Of a stretch of DNA of 60,790 bases, positions 1 to 6,838 are shown one piece after another (the first letter of the stretch is position 1; every line of letters begins with the position of its first letter). This DNA is from a virus, in IMG/VR virus record IMGVR_UViG_3300025086_000020; one strand, written 5' to 3'. The notes below the pieces were generated by a model that saw only the letters and a program-made list of their open reading frames with translations, was not told the DNA's origin and did no database searches. Both the position numbers and the translations under genes were made by a program.

Positions 1-124
1 ATCATATGACTGAAAATAAAATCCTTTGTTAGTATATATTTCAAATTGATTTGGTACAGGGTTATAATTCTTACTTAACATATTTTTTACTCTAATTTTC
101 ATAATTCTAATTTTTAATTAATTA
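1..124. repeat. Terminal direct repeat, copy 1 (identical to 60667..60790)
   Basis: The first 124 nt match the last 124 nt letter for letter. This is a circular-assembly overlap or a terminal redundancy. It contains the 5' part of the minus-strand ORF annotated at 60496..60768. Confidence 0.95.
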
Positions 125-153
125 CTTGTTTTTATTACTTGTTTTTATTACTC
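121..153. repeat. 13-bp tandem repeat ATTACTTGTTTTT x2 plus a partial third unit
   Basis: Units at 121-133 and 134-146, then ATTACTC. It lies in the gap between the stop of ORF 148..366 and the start of the junction-spanning ORF. Confidence 0.8.
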
Positions 154-366
154 TATTTCTATTCCTAGGTGTTCATATATATATTCATCTTCAAACCATA
201 AGAAATCATTTATTTCTGTTTCTGTTGGTGTTCTATCATAAAATAATTCCTCAATCATATATTCTAAATCATCTAGTTTATTATGTTCTCTAATTGTTTC
301 TAATGTATCAACTGCACCACTCCAAGAATTAAAATTTCTTATTGATATTTCTGTTGTATATTTCAT
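148..366 (-). CDS. Hypothetical small acidic early protein (72 aa)
   Basis: Clean ORF in the minus-strand early gene train. No motif recognised. Confidence 0.6.
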   Translation of the reverse strand: MKYTTEISIRNFNSWSGAVDTLETIREHNKLDDLEYMIEELFYDRTPTETEINDFLWFEDEYIYEHLGIEIE

Positions 367-404
367 GTCTATTTATTTTTAAATTGTTATTATTTATTTT
401 TTAA

Positions 405-644
405 TTAATAATTGCAGTATTGAACGATATCTTTGTGTCCTTGTTCATTATGTGGAAATGCAGTTAAACCTACCCAGATTTGAAATGCGTGTTCATGGTT
501 TGATATTTTTTCTAAATATATTTTATTTGAATAATCACCATTTGGATAATAAGTTTTAATATAAAACCCATCATTATGTTTTTTTAAATTTTGTAATTTA
601 TTTAATAATTGATTATCGTTTAAAGATGTAGTAAAGTTTTTCAT
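405..644 (-). CDS. Hypothetical early protein (79 aa)
   Basis: ORF directly downstream of a TAnnTTTG promoter box. No motif recognised. Confidence 0.6.
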   Translation of the reverse strand: MKNFTTSLNDNQLLNKLQNLKKHNDGFYIKTYYPNGDYSNKIYLEKISNHEHAFQIWVGLTAFPHNEQGHKDIVQYCNY

Positions 645-688
645 TTTAGTAATTTTTTAAAGTTATTGTTTGTTTTTAAACCTTTCTA

Positions 689-696
689 CAAAGGTA
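689..696 (-). promoter_or_regulatory. Bacteroidota-type -7 box TACCTTTG (minus strand)
   Basis: Plus-strand caaaggta is TACCTTTG (TAnnTTTG) on the minus strand, 44 nt upstream of the ATG at 644. A TTGACA lies 21 nt further upstream on the same strand. Confidence 0.45.
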
Positions 697-751
697 CGAT
701 AATAATATAATACGTGTCAAGTATTTTTACATTTATTTGTTAATTAATTAC

Positions 752-836
752 GATTAACAGATTAAAAAAAGTTCTAAATTAATTGATAGGTTTAAATACT
801 TTTATTAGTTTGATTAACAGATTGGTACATCTGTTA
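752..836. promoter_or_regulatory. Operator-like repeats: GATTAACAGATT x2 and inverted repeat TAACAGAT-N6-ATCTGTTA
   Basis: Exact 12-mers at 752-763 and 812-823. Perfect 8-bp inverted repeat at 815-822 / 829-836. The same ATTAACAG core recurs at 57191-57214 and 60472-60495. Confidence 0.6.
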
Positions 837-1307
837 GATAATTGTTCAATGTGTTTGGGGGATATGTTATATAAAATGATGGGGGGTTATGTCGTATCTA
901 TTAACGTGCAAATTAATATATCTCAATATATAGTTTTCTTTTTGGGGGGATGAATCACACAATTAACAAAGGGAATATATAATAATTATTATTATGTTAA
1001 ATAGAAAAATAGTTAGTGGTATGTCCCATCGTATTAATAAATAATAGTATACACAATGTCAAACGTATTATATATATATAGATAGTATAGGTGGGGTGTA
1101 GGATATTCACTTGGGTATTAAAAATTGAACTAGCAAATATGTATATAATACCCTCCCCAAAAATTTCTAACAAAAAATTTTAACCCAAAAAAAATATTAA
1201 ATTAACATTCCTTTAACATGTGATTATTATATTCACACTATGAAAATAGAAATATCTAAAATAATTTATATAATGATTATGTTGACTGTTTTTGTTGCAG
1301 CAGTTAT

Positions 1308-1622
1308 CTAGGCAGTGCCTGCAGTAAAAGTAATAGACTTTATGTTGAAAAGTCCACTTTTTTGCTTTACTCTCTCAATTGTATCATTTCCCTCTTTACT
1401 GATAAGTAAAACAATCCTATCAGCCACCTGTTCCATGTACTCTTTTGTCACACCTAGTGTCATGTAGTCGTGATTTATCAAATTGTTCTCTGCTTGGAAA
1501 TAAACATATAAAAAACCAGTTGAGCCTGAAGTATAACTTACAGTAATCTTTTTGAAGTCACTCTTTTTAAAAATATAAAATTCAGTGTTACCTGATATTT
1601 TGAACTTTATGGTTCCCATCAC
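1308..1622 (-). CDS. Hypothetical protein (104 aa)
   Basis: ORF at the end of the minus-strand accessory operon. No motif recognised. Confidence 0.55.
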   Translation of the reverse strand: MMGTIKFKISGNTEFYIFKKSDFKKITVSYTSGSTGFLYVYFQAENNLINHDYMTLGVTKEYMEQVADRIVLLISKEGNDTIERVKQKSGLFNIKSITFTAGTA

Positions 1623-1643
1623 AATTAATGATTTTTTATTTTG

Positions 1644-2225
1644 TTACTTACCACGCTTAACTCTAATAGGAGCTTTTGATTTTACTTTTTTATTAGCTTT
1701 AGGTCTTCCAATAGCTATAATAATAGCCATCTCATCCTTTTTACCTTTTTTTATTATACCTCCATGTTTGTTTTCATTCTCAGTTTCCTTATTAGGTCTA
1801 CTAAACGCATCTTTTAAATTTTCAGTATATTGGAGATTTTCCTCAGCCTTTTCATCTGCTGTTTCCTTTCGTGATGTTGCATCTGCCTGTTCTATCATTT
1901 TTTCTATTCCCTTGTTGTGGGTAAAAGTTACTTCTTTAACCTCGCCATTTTCATCATAATACCTAAATGTTTTGTTAGGCCAGGTGTCACTTTGAGAAGA
2001 ATCATCATTAGCCCAACTACTACCCCACTCCATAGCTTGTTTTCTACTGCTATAAATCCTTCCACCATCTTTAAATTTTTTATTTACCTTTACTGACTTT
2101 CCACCACCTTTCATATATCCCATTTTATTTCTGACACTTGTAGGTAATTTTTTTAAACCTTTATTTTTTGATGGAACAGATTTTAATGCTCCTCCTTTGT
2201 TATATTTTCTATTTACTCTTGCCAT
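1644..2225 (-). CDS. Lys-rich low-complexity protein with x-G-G motifs and a C-terminal MAIIIAIGRPK box
   Basis: Motifs KYNKGG, YMKGGG, FKDGG and NKHGGIIKKG. The C-terminal box at 1698-1730 is nearly identical to that of ORF 7192..8109. Confidence 0.6.
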   Translation of the reverse strand: MARVNRKYNKGGALKSVPSKNKGLKKLPTSVRNKMGYMKGGGKSVKVNKKFKDGGRIYSSRKQAMEWGSSWANDDSSQSDTWPNKTFRYYDENGEVKEVTFTHNKGIEKMIEQADATSRKETADEKAEENLQYTENLKDAFSRPNKETENENKHGGIIKKGKKDEMAIIIAIGRPKANKKVKSKAPIRVKRGK

Positions 2226-2227
2226 AA

Positions 2228-2446
2228 TTATTTCTTTTTATTTGCGAATTTTTCTACCCCACTAATACCAAAACATCCTAGAACGACCCAAACAAAAGAG
2301 TCGTAAACAAATTCATTGATTACTAAATCTTGACCAACCCAGCCAGTAACTAGGTCAGCAATCATAATTAAAACCATAATTGTAAAAGCTATAAACCCTA
2401 TTATAGACTTCTCATTCCAATTATTATCATCTTTAAAAATATTCAT
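2228..2446 (-). CDS. Small membrane protein with two predicted TM helices (72 aa)
   Basis: Two hydrophobic stretches: IIGFIAFTIMVLIMIADLV and FVWVVLGCFGISGV. Confidence 0.5.
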   Translation of the reverse strand: MNIFKDDNNWNEKSIIGFIAFTIMVLIMIADLVTGWVGQDLVINEFVYDSFVWVVLGCFGISGVEKFANKKK

Positions 2447-2470
2447 ATTATCATTTTTTTATTAATACAC

Positions 2471-2890
2471 TTAATCAGCAAAAGGAACATCCTCATTTAA
2501 ATCAGACTTAACAACCTCTTCCTTTTTCTTTTTCTTTTTTTTACCTCCATTATACTCAACTGCATGTCCTTCATCAACCAACTTTTCATTAACATTGATT
2601 GGTAGGTCTAGGTTGTCAGGATATATAATTAGAACACCCAGCACCCTTCCATACTTTCCAACTTCTTTACTTTCTACAACTAAGCTTCCTTTATCAAGAA
2701 TCTCAGTTAATCTATATTTTGCAGCCAGACCTCTTTTCTTTTCCTCTAAATCCCTAGTTCTACTTTCAGGAGTATCTATACCTGCTAGCCTTACTCTTTT
2801 ATGAACTGTTATATCAAATCCTAGATCTATGTGAACATCTATAGTGTCCCCATCAACAACCCTATCTAATTTAGCTTTATAAGTATACAT
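2471..2890 (-). CDS. Staphylococcal (micrococcal) nuclease-like thermonuclease
   Basis: VDGDTIDV ... RVRLAGIDTPE ... GRVLG ... LVDEGHAV matches the SNase fold signature. An unusual K7 run and an acidic DVPFAD tail sit at the C-terminus. Confidence 0.8.
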   Translation of the reverse strand: MYTYKAKLDRVVDGDTIDVHIDLGFDITVHKRVRLAGIDTPESRTRDLEEKKRGLAAKYRLTEILDKGSLVVESKEVGKYGRVLGVLIIYPDNLDLPINVNEKLVDEGHAVEYNGGKKKKKKKEEVVKSDLNEDVPFAD

Positions 2891-3666
2891 TAGTTCATTA
2901 TATATTTAATCTTCCCATCTTGTATATAAATACTTTGTGGTCTTCGTATTGGTTGACCAAGAATATTATACATAAGCCCATCTGCTTTTGATTTATCTAA
3001 TATTTCTCCTATTGATGAGTTACATGGCATACCTGTTTCGCAGTCTATATATTCTGTTTCTATTACTTCAATATACTCCATTACTGTGTCAGTTACAAAA
3101 AATTCTACATATTCTGTCTCTATTATAGTGTCAAAAACAACTACTTCTACATATTCTACAACATCTATAAACATAGTATCTAATACTTCTGCATATACAG
3201 TGTCTGTTACATATATATATTCAGGAACCATAACCTCAACTTCAAAAGTATCAATAACAATGTTTGTTATATATTCTGTTTCTATAATAGTGTCTAGTTG
3301 TATTATTGTTTCATATATAAAAAATGGAACTTCTAAAGTATCTATTTCATAAATATATTCTATAACTGGAACCTCTATGTTTACATAAACAGTATCACAC
3401 TCAGGTATTGGTGGAGCACAATCTAAAGGAGAAGTTGGAACTGCCCCATTTTCATCAGAAGCATCAATACAATCTTCCCAGCCATCGTTAAGCCAAGAAT
3501 TTTGAACACAACCATCAGGAGCATATTGAGTCCAGTTAGCAGGGTCATCCCCACAATAAAAACCTTCTTGTTCAGAACAAGCAATACATAATTCTTGAAA
3601 ATCATAATCTTGACCTTTTAAACTCCAACTTAATAAAACAAATAAAATAATAATAAATTTTTTCAT
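2890..3666 (-). CDS. Secreted repeat protein: signal peptide, LDL-receptor-A-like DGxxDCxDxSDE motif, DT/EY repeat core, T9SS-like C-terminal segment
   Basis: N-terminal MKKFIIILFVLLSWSLKGQ. NDGWEDCIDASDENG at aa 59-74. Eight D-T-initiated acidic/hydrophobic repeats at aa 90-215. C-terminal LMYNILGQPIRRPQSIYIQDGKIKYIMN resembles the last strands of a type IX secretion CTD. Confidence 0.55.
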   Translation of the reverse strand: MKKFIIILFVLLSWSLKGQDYDFQELCIACSEQEGFYCGDDPANWTQYAPDGCVQNSWLNDGWEDCIDASDENGAVPTSPLDCAPPIPECDTVYVNIEVPVIEYIYEIDTLEVPFFIYETIIQLDTIIETEYITNIVIDTFEVEVMVPEYIYVTDTVYAEVLDTMFIDVVEYVEVVVFDTIIETEYVEFFVTDTVMEYIEVIETEYIDCETGMPCNSSIGEILDKSKADGLMYNILGQPIRRPQSIYIQDGKIKYIMN

Positions 3667-3670
3667 ATCT

Positions 3671-4699
3671 CTAAAACATTAAATAGTTAAACCCAAACTT
3701 TACTTCATATACTGGCTTTCTCCAGTAATTCATGTGTGTTCCCTCAACAAACATACCTAAACTTTTAGTTATTCTAGAACCTAGAACAATACCTGAGTCC
3801 CACTCCATATTGTCCCAATCTTCTACACCATACTCGAATGAGTAATCATCCATACCATAGTGTAGTGGCATACAATTAAACCATGCATGTAACCACATTC
3901 TGTCTGTATATTTATAATAAGCTAGACCCACAACAGCACTTATCTGTTTTTGCATTCCAAGCTTCTCTAATTCTCTTTCATTAAATGATGCCACTGCATC
4001 ACCAAAATAATGTTTATAAAACTCATCATCTGATGTAGCTATAAGTTGACCATCTCTAAACCAGTGCCAATCACCATTAACAAACTGAGTAGAATAACCA
4101 AACTCACCAGCTAATTGAGAAAACGATTGTTCTCCTGGTGTCCAGAAATCTTCTATTGGAGTTACACCATATGGATCGTGTATACGAAAAACACTACCCA
4201 ATGTTAAATCCCAGTTTCCTTTTTGCATTCTAAATCTAGTATCAAAAGAGTTATATCTTAAATCTACTCTTTGGTTATCTGTATATTGCAATTTTGTTAC
4301 GCAACTGTTTCCAAGGTATCTAAGCCAGAAATTCTTCTCAGTAAACTCGTCACCACGATTACGTATAAATGAATAATTAAATAAATACTCCCAACCAACA
4401 CTATTACCAATAGTAACATTGTCTGCTACAGCTTTTTCAGTACCATAATACCATGTTTTAACTTTGTATTCATAATCAAATCTAGCAATTTTTCTTAAAC
4501 CTATTGTTAAATTATAATCATATGGGTTAACTTGAGTTACATCCTCATAGCCTTTAGATATAGCTATGTAATCACCTCTCTCTGTAAAAGACGTACCCAT
4601 TGTCATAGAAGTGTAGATAGTTGAGTATTTAAAAAAATTTTTAATTTGTGCTTCTGCACAAATACTTATAAGTATAAATAATATTATTATCTTTTTCAT
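3671..4699 (-). CDS. Putative outer-membrane beta-barrel protein (342 aa)
   Basis: Signal peptide MKKIIILFILISICAEAQ. Rich in aromatic and Gly residues with alternating strand-like segments. The C-terminal residue is Phe (..FGFNYLMF), typical of BAM substrates. Confidence 0.5.
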   Translation of the reverse strand: MKKIIILFILISICAEAQIKNFFKYSTIYTSMTMGTSFTERGDYIAISKGYEDVTQVNPYDYNLTIGLRKIARFDYEYKVKTWYYGTEKAVADNVTIGNSVGWEYLFNYSFIRNRGDEFTEKNFWLRYLGNSCVTKLQYTDNQRVDLRYNSFDTRFRMQKGNWDLTLGSVFRIHDPYGVTPIEDFWTPGEQSFSQLAGEFGYSTQFVNGDWHWFRDGQLIATSDDEFYKHYFGDAVASFNERELEKLGMQKQISAVVGLAYYKYTDRMWLHAWFNCMPLHYGMDDYSFEYGVEDWDNMEWDSGIVLGSRITKSLGMFVEGTHMNYWRKPVYEVKFGFNYLMF

Positions 4700-4746
4700 G
4701 AGGAATTATTTTAAACGTAAATATACAAAATTTTCACCAATACACA

Positions 4747-5325
4747 TTAATCAACCCCTATTACTTTTGCAATACTAGCTGTAGCCACCCCCTTCACCTT
4801 AGTAATGCTTCCTGACGCAACATTATTAACCTCATGACCATATCCAGCAACAGTGTAGTCTACTGTTACGTATAGTTGAAAAATTTGCACTACAGTGCTG
4901 TCAGTTGTAGTGACTGAGATTCTCATGTCATTCACATCACTATCACTAACACTACCCCCAAAGTTTATTGCAGTAGCATTAATAGTTGTAGGAGACGTAT
5001 CTGTTGTAACAAATGTTGTGTCAGAAATACTACCAAAAGTTGTTGCTGACGAAGAATCACCTATTTCCATTTCAAAACTAGCATCAGAACTTCTTGGATT
5101 GTGCTTTTTAAATACTGCTGTAACAACGAAGTTGTTAAATGTAACACCACTTAAGCCACTTGTATTACCTAAAAGAATTACGAATGATTGATCTGCACTA
5201 GAGTTACGAACATACGTAGAGTTACTTGAGTCATTTATTTTTGTTACATCAAAACCACTTCCAGACTCATTAATAAAACTACCTGAACTAATTTCGTGGG
5301 ATGGTTGTAATACTACTGTTGCCAT
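4747..5325 (-). CDS. Ser/Thr-rich hypothetical protein, possibly virion-surface or fibre-associated
   Basis: 192-aa ORF with S/T/N/D-rich composition like the neighbouring fibre-like ORFs. No catalytic motif. Confidence 0.4.
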   Translation of the reverse strand: MATVVLQPSHEISSGSFINESGSGFDVTKINDSSNSTYVRNSSADQSFVILLGNTSGLSGVTFNNFVVTAVFKKHNPRSSDASFEMEIGDSSSATTFGSISDTTFVTTDTSPTTINATAINFGGSVSDSDVNDMRISVTTTDSTVVQIFQLYVTVDYTVAGYGHEVNNVASGSITKVKGVATASIAKVIGVD

Positions 5326-5328
5326 ATC

Positions 5329-6087
5329 TTACGCACTTACTACTACCCATGTGTTATCTGGACAAAACCATATTTCATCATCATTGCCCATTTTATATCC
5401 TATTACTCTTACAACCTCGTTATTGTCAGCTGGTGCAGTCATATCTGCATCACCTGCTGAGGCATCTGATAAATATACTGGGTCTCCAAAATTATTATCT
5501 GATGTATCGTGGTCTAAAGTAAACATGCCTCTTAATAACATCCCATCTGTGGCAGGGTCTGTACCTAAAGATATTGCCAATAAACTAGTTGATGTACTTT
5601 CAGCATTTGACTGAGCTTTAAACCAGGTTGCATTATTACTTCCATCTTTTCCCAAATAACATATATCTCCCTGAGCTATAGAGGAGCCAGCACCAAAATA
5701 AACAACATCTCCATCGTGGTCAAAATGAGTGTCATCAGCAGTTACAGTCATTTTACGTCTTTTTATAGACGTAGAATAATGCATATCAGGAGTGGTTAAT
5801 ATTATATTACCATCAGCACTAAGAGTTAAATTTGCTGCTGTTGCATCGTCATCAACAGTGCTTATTGTGGTTGCTCCATGTGTTGTTGTTGCAATAGTGA
5901 ATTTATCACCTGTATCTTCATTTGATAAAAGTTCTAGTGTAGATATATTGCTAGAATTAGAAAAGGTTAAGTACCCACTTAAAGAGTTAAGGTAAAGTGT
6001 ATTAAAATAACCCTTATCCCAATATTTAGAGCTAGAACCTATCTGCCCATCATTATTGTTGTATGGTTTAATTGTTCTTGTACCCAT
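5329..6087 (-). CDS. Fibre-like protein
   Basis: N-terminal IGSSSKYWDKGYFNTLYL resembles the G-S-S-x-x-x-W/F-x-x-x-Y motif common at phage fibre N-termini. T/S/D-rich body. Confidence 0.4.
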   Translation of the reverse strand: MGTRTIKPYNNNDGQIGSSSKYWDKGYFNTLYLNSLSGYLTFSNSSNISTLELLSNEDTGDKFTIATTTHGATTISTVDDDATAANLTLSADGNIILTTPDMHYSTSIKRRKMTVTADDTHFDHDGDVVYFGAGSSIAQGDICYLGKDGSNNATWFKAQSNAESTSTSLLAISLGTDPATDGMLLRGMFTLDHDTSDNNFGDPVYLSDASAGDADMTAPADNNEVVRVIGYKMGNDDEIWFCPDNTWVVVSA

Positions 6088-6099
6088 ACTTTAAAGATT

Positions 6100-6780
6100 T
6101 TATTTCTCAAATCCAAGAATTATAGTAATTGGACTAGTATTATAAAGGTCTTTATTTACAGCACTAACACTAGCACAGTTCTCTTCTAATACAAGGTTTG
6201 TGGCATCAGTAATTGTTTTAATAGTACCAATAGCTTGATCGTCTTCATCAGCTAACACATCTCCAACAGCGAAAGTTTGTCTAGCGTCTGTGGTCTTAAC
6301 CACTACTGCTGTTGTGTTAGTAGCTGTTTCTGTAGAAACTTGAACTGTTGAACGAAAATCAGGTGTTCCATCACAAATCCCACCTATATATATTTTACCA
6401 CTACTTTGGCCAGGTATTACAAACCCATCATAAGCACTATTTGAGCCACCAACAGAAAAACGATCTAGCCCATCTCCATACTGTTGAACTATAACCTTCC
6501 AGTTTCCAATAATACTATTACTTGGTGGCAAGCTTGCTGTAGCGTTTTGTGCACCCATAGATGCTGCATTTGATGTGGAAAAAAGCAAATCCATTCCAAA
6601 CTCTTGCCTAGATCCATCTGTACCTCTAACCACAAATGTAACAGTTTTTAATTTTAAACTACCTCTTACTGGTAAAGTTACTTCTGTCCAGTCAAATAAA
6701 ACATCTTCGTCAGCATATGCTGCTGCTGCTTGCCTACTTGCAGTAAGAACTGGTTTTATCGTTGTTGTATAATAAGCCAT
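6100..6780 (-). CDS. Hypothetical structural-like protein carrying one VGD module
   Basis: FAVGDVLADEDDQAIGTIKTITDATNLVLEE (6181-6273) is the same module seen in ORFs 10691..12712, 21008..22411 and 26935..32700. Confidence 0.45.
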   Translation of the reverse strand: MAYYTTTIKPVLTASRQAAAAYADEDVLFDWTEVTLPVRGSLKLKTVTFVVRGTDGSRQEFGMDLLFSTSNAASMGAQNATASLPPSNSIIGNWKVIVQQYGDGLDRFSVGGSNSAYDGFVIPGQSSGKIYIGGICDGTPDFRSTVQVSTETATNTTAVVVKTTDARQTFAVGDVLADEDDQAIGTIKTITDATNLVLEENCASVSAVNKDLYNTSPITIILGFEK

Positions 6781-6817
6781 TTTATTATAAATTTTAAGAT
6801 TATCATTTATTTATTGT

Positions 6818-6825
6818 CAAATATA
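6818..6825 (-). promoter_or_regulatory. -7 box TATATTTG (minus strand) for ORF 6100..6780
   Basis: Plus-strand caaatata is TATATTTG on the minus strand, 37 nt upstream of the ATG at 6780. Confidence 0.4.
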
Positions 6826-6838
6826 AGAAATATTTATT

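Larger units (their letters stand above)
645..1307. other. Largest non-coding region (663 bp); candidate regulatory or origin region
   Basis: No ORF of 60 aa or more on either strand. Contains GATTAACAGATT x2, an 8-bp inverted repeat, three G5-6 runs and several degenerate DnaA-box-like 9-mers. Confidence 0.4.

Noticed and set aside
857-949. G-quadruplex formed by the G5-6 runs in the non-coding region
   Set aside because: There are only three strong G runs on one strand, with 19-nt and 57-nt spacers. That does not satisfy a canonical four-tract G4 with short loops.
1585-1959. Plus-strand ORF 1585..1959 (124 aa, hydrophobic)
   Set aside because: It lies entirely antisense to 1644..2225 and 1308..1622. 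Its Phe/Leu/Ser-rich composition is what the complement of a Lys/Glu-rich gene produces.
3086-3605. ORFs 3086..3352 (+) and 3423..3605 (-), which overlap the secreted repeat-protein gene
   Set aside because: They are antisense or off-frame shadows of the DT/EY repeat region. Their composition is low-complexity S/T/I/V with no start context, and the 2890..3666 frame has coherent signal-peptide, motif and CTD architecture.
3671-4699. Calling the beta-barrel-like protein a PorP/SprF family T9SS component
   Set aside because: The characteristic N-terminal PorP/SprF signature (QxxxFSQYxxNxxxxNPAxAG-like) is not visible. Only the genomic adjacency to a CTD-like cargo supports the idea, so I kept it as a hypothesis and not a call.
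4895-6772. Plus-strand ORFs 4895..5191, 5301..5522, 5351..5614, 5792..5995 and 6575..6772
   Set aside because: All are nested antisense within the three longer, contiguous minus-strand ORFs. None has promoter or start context.
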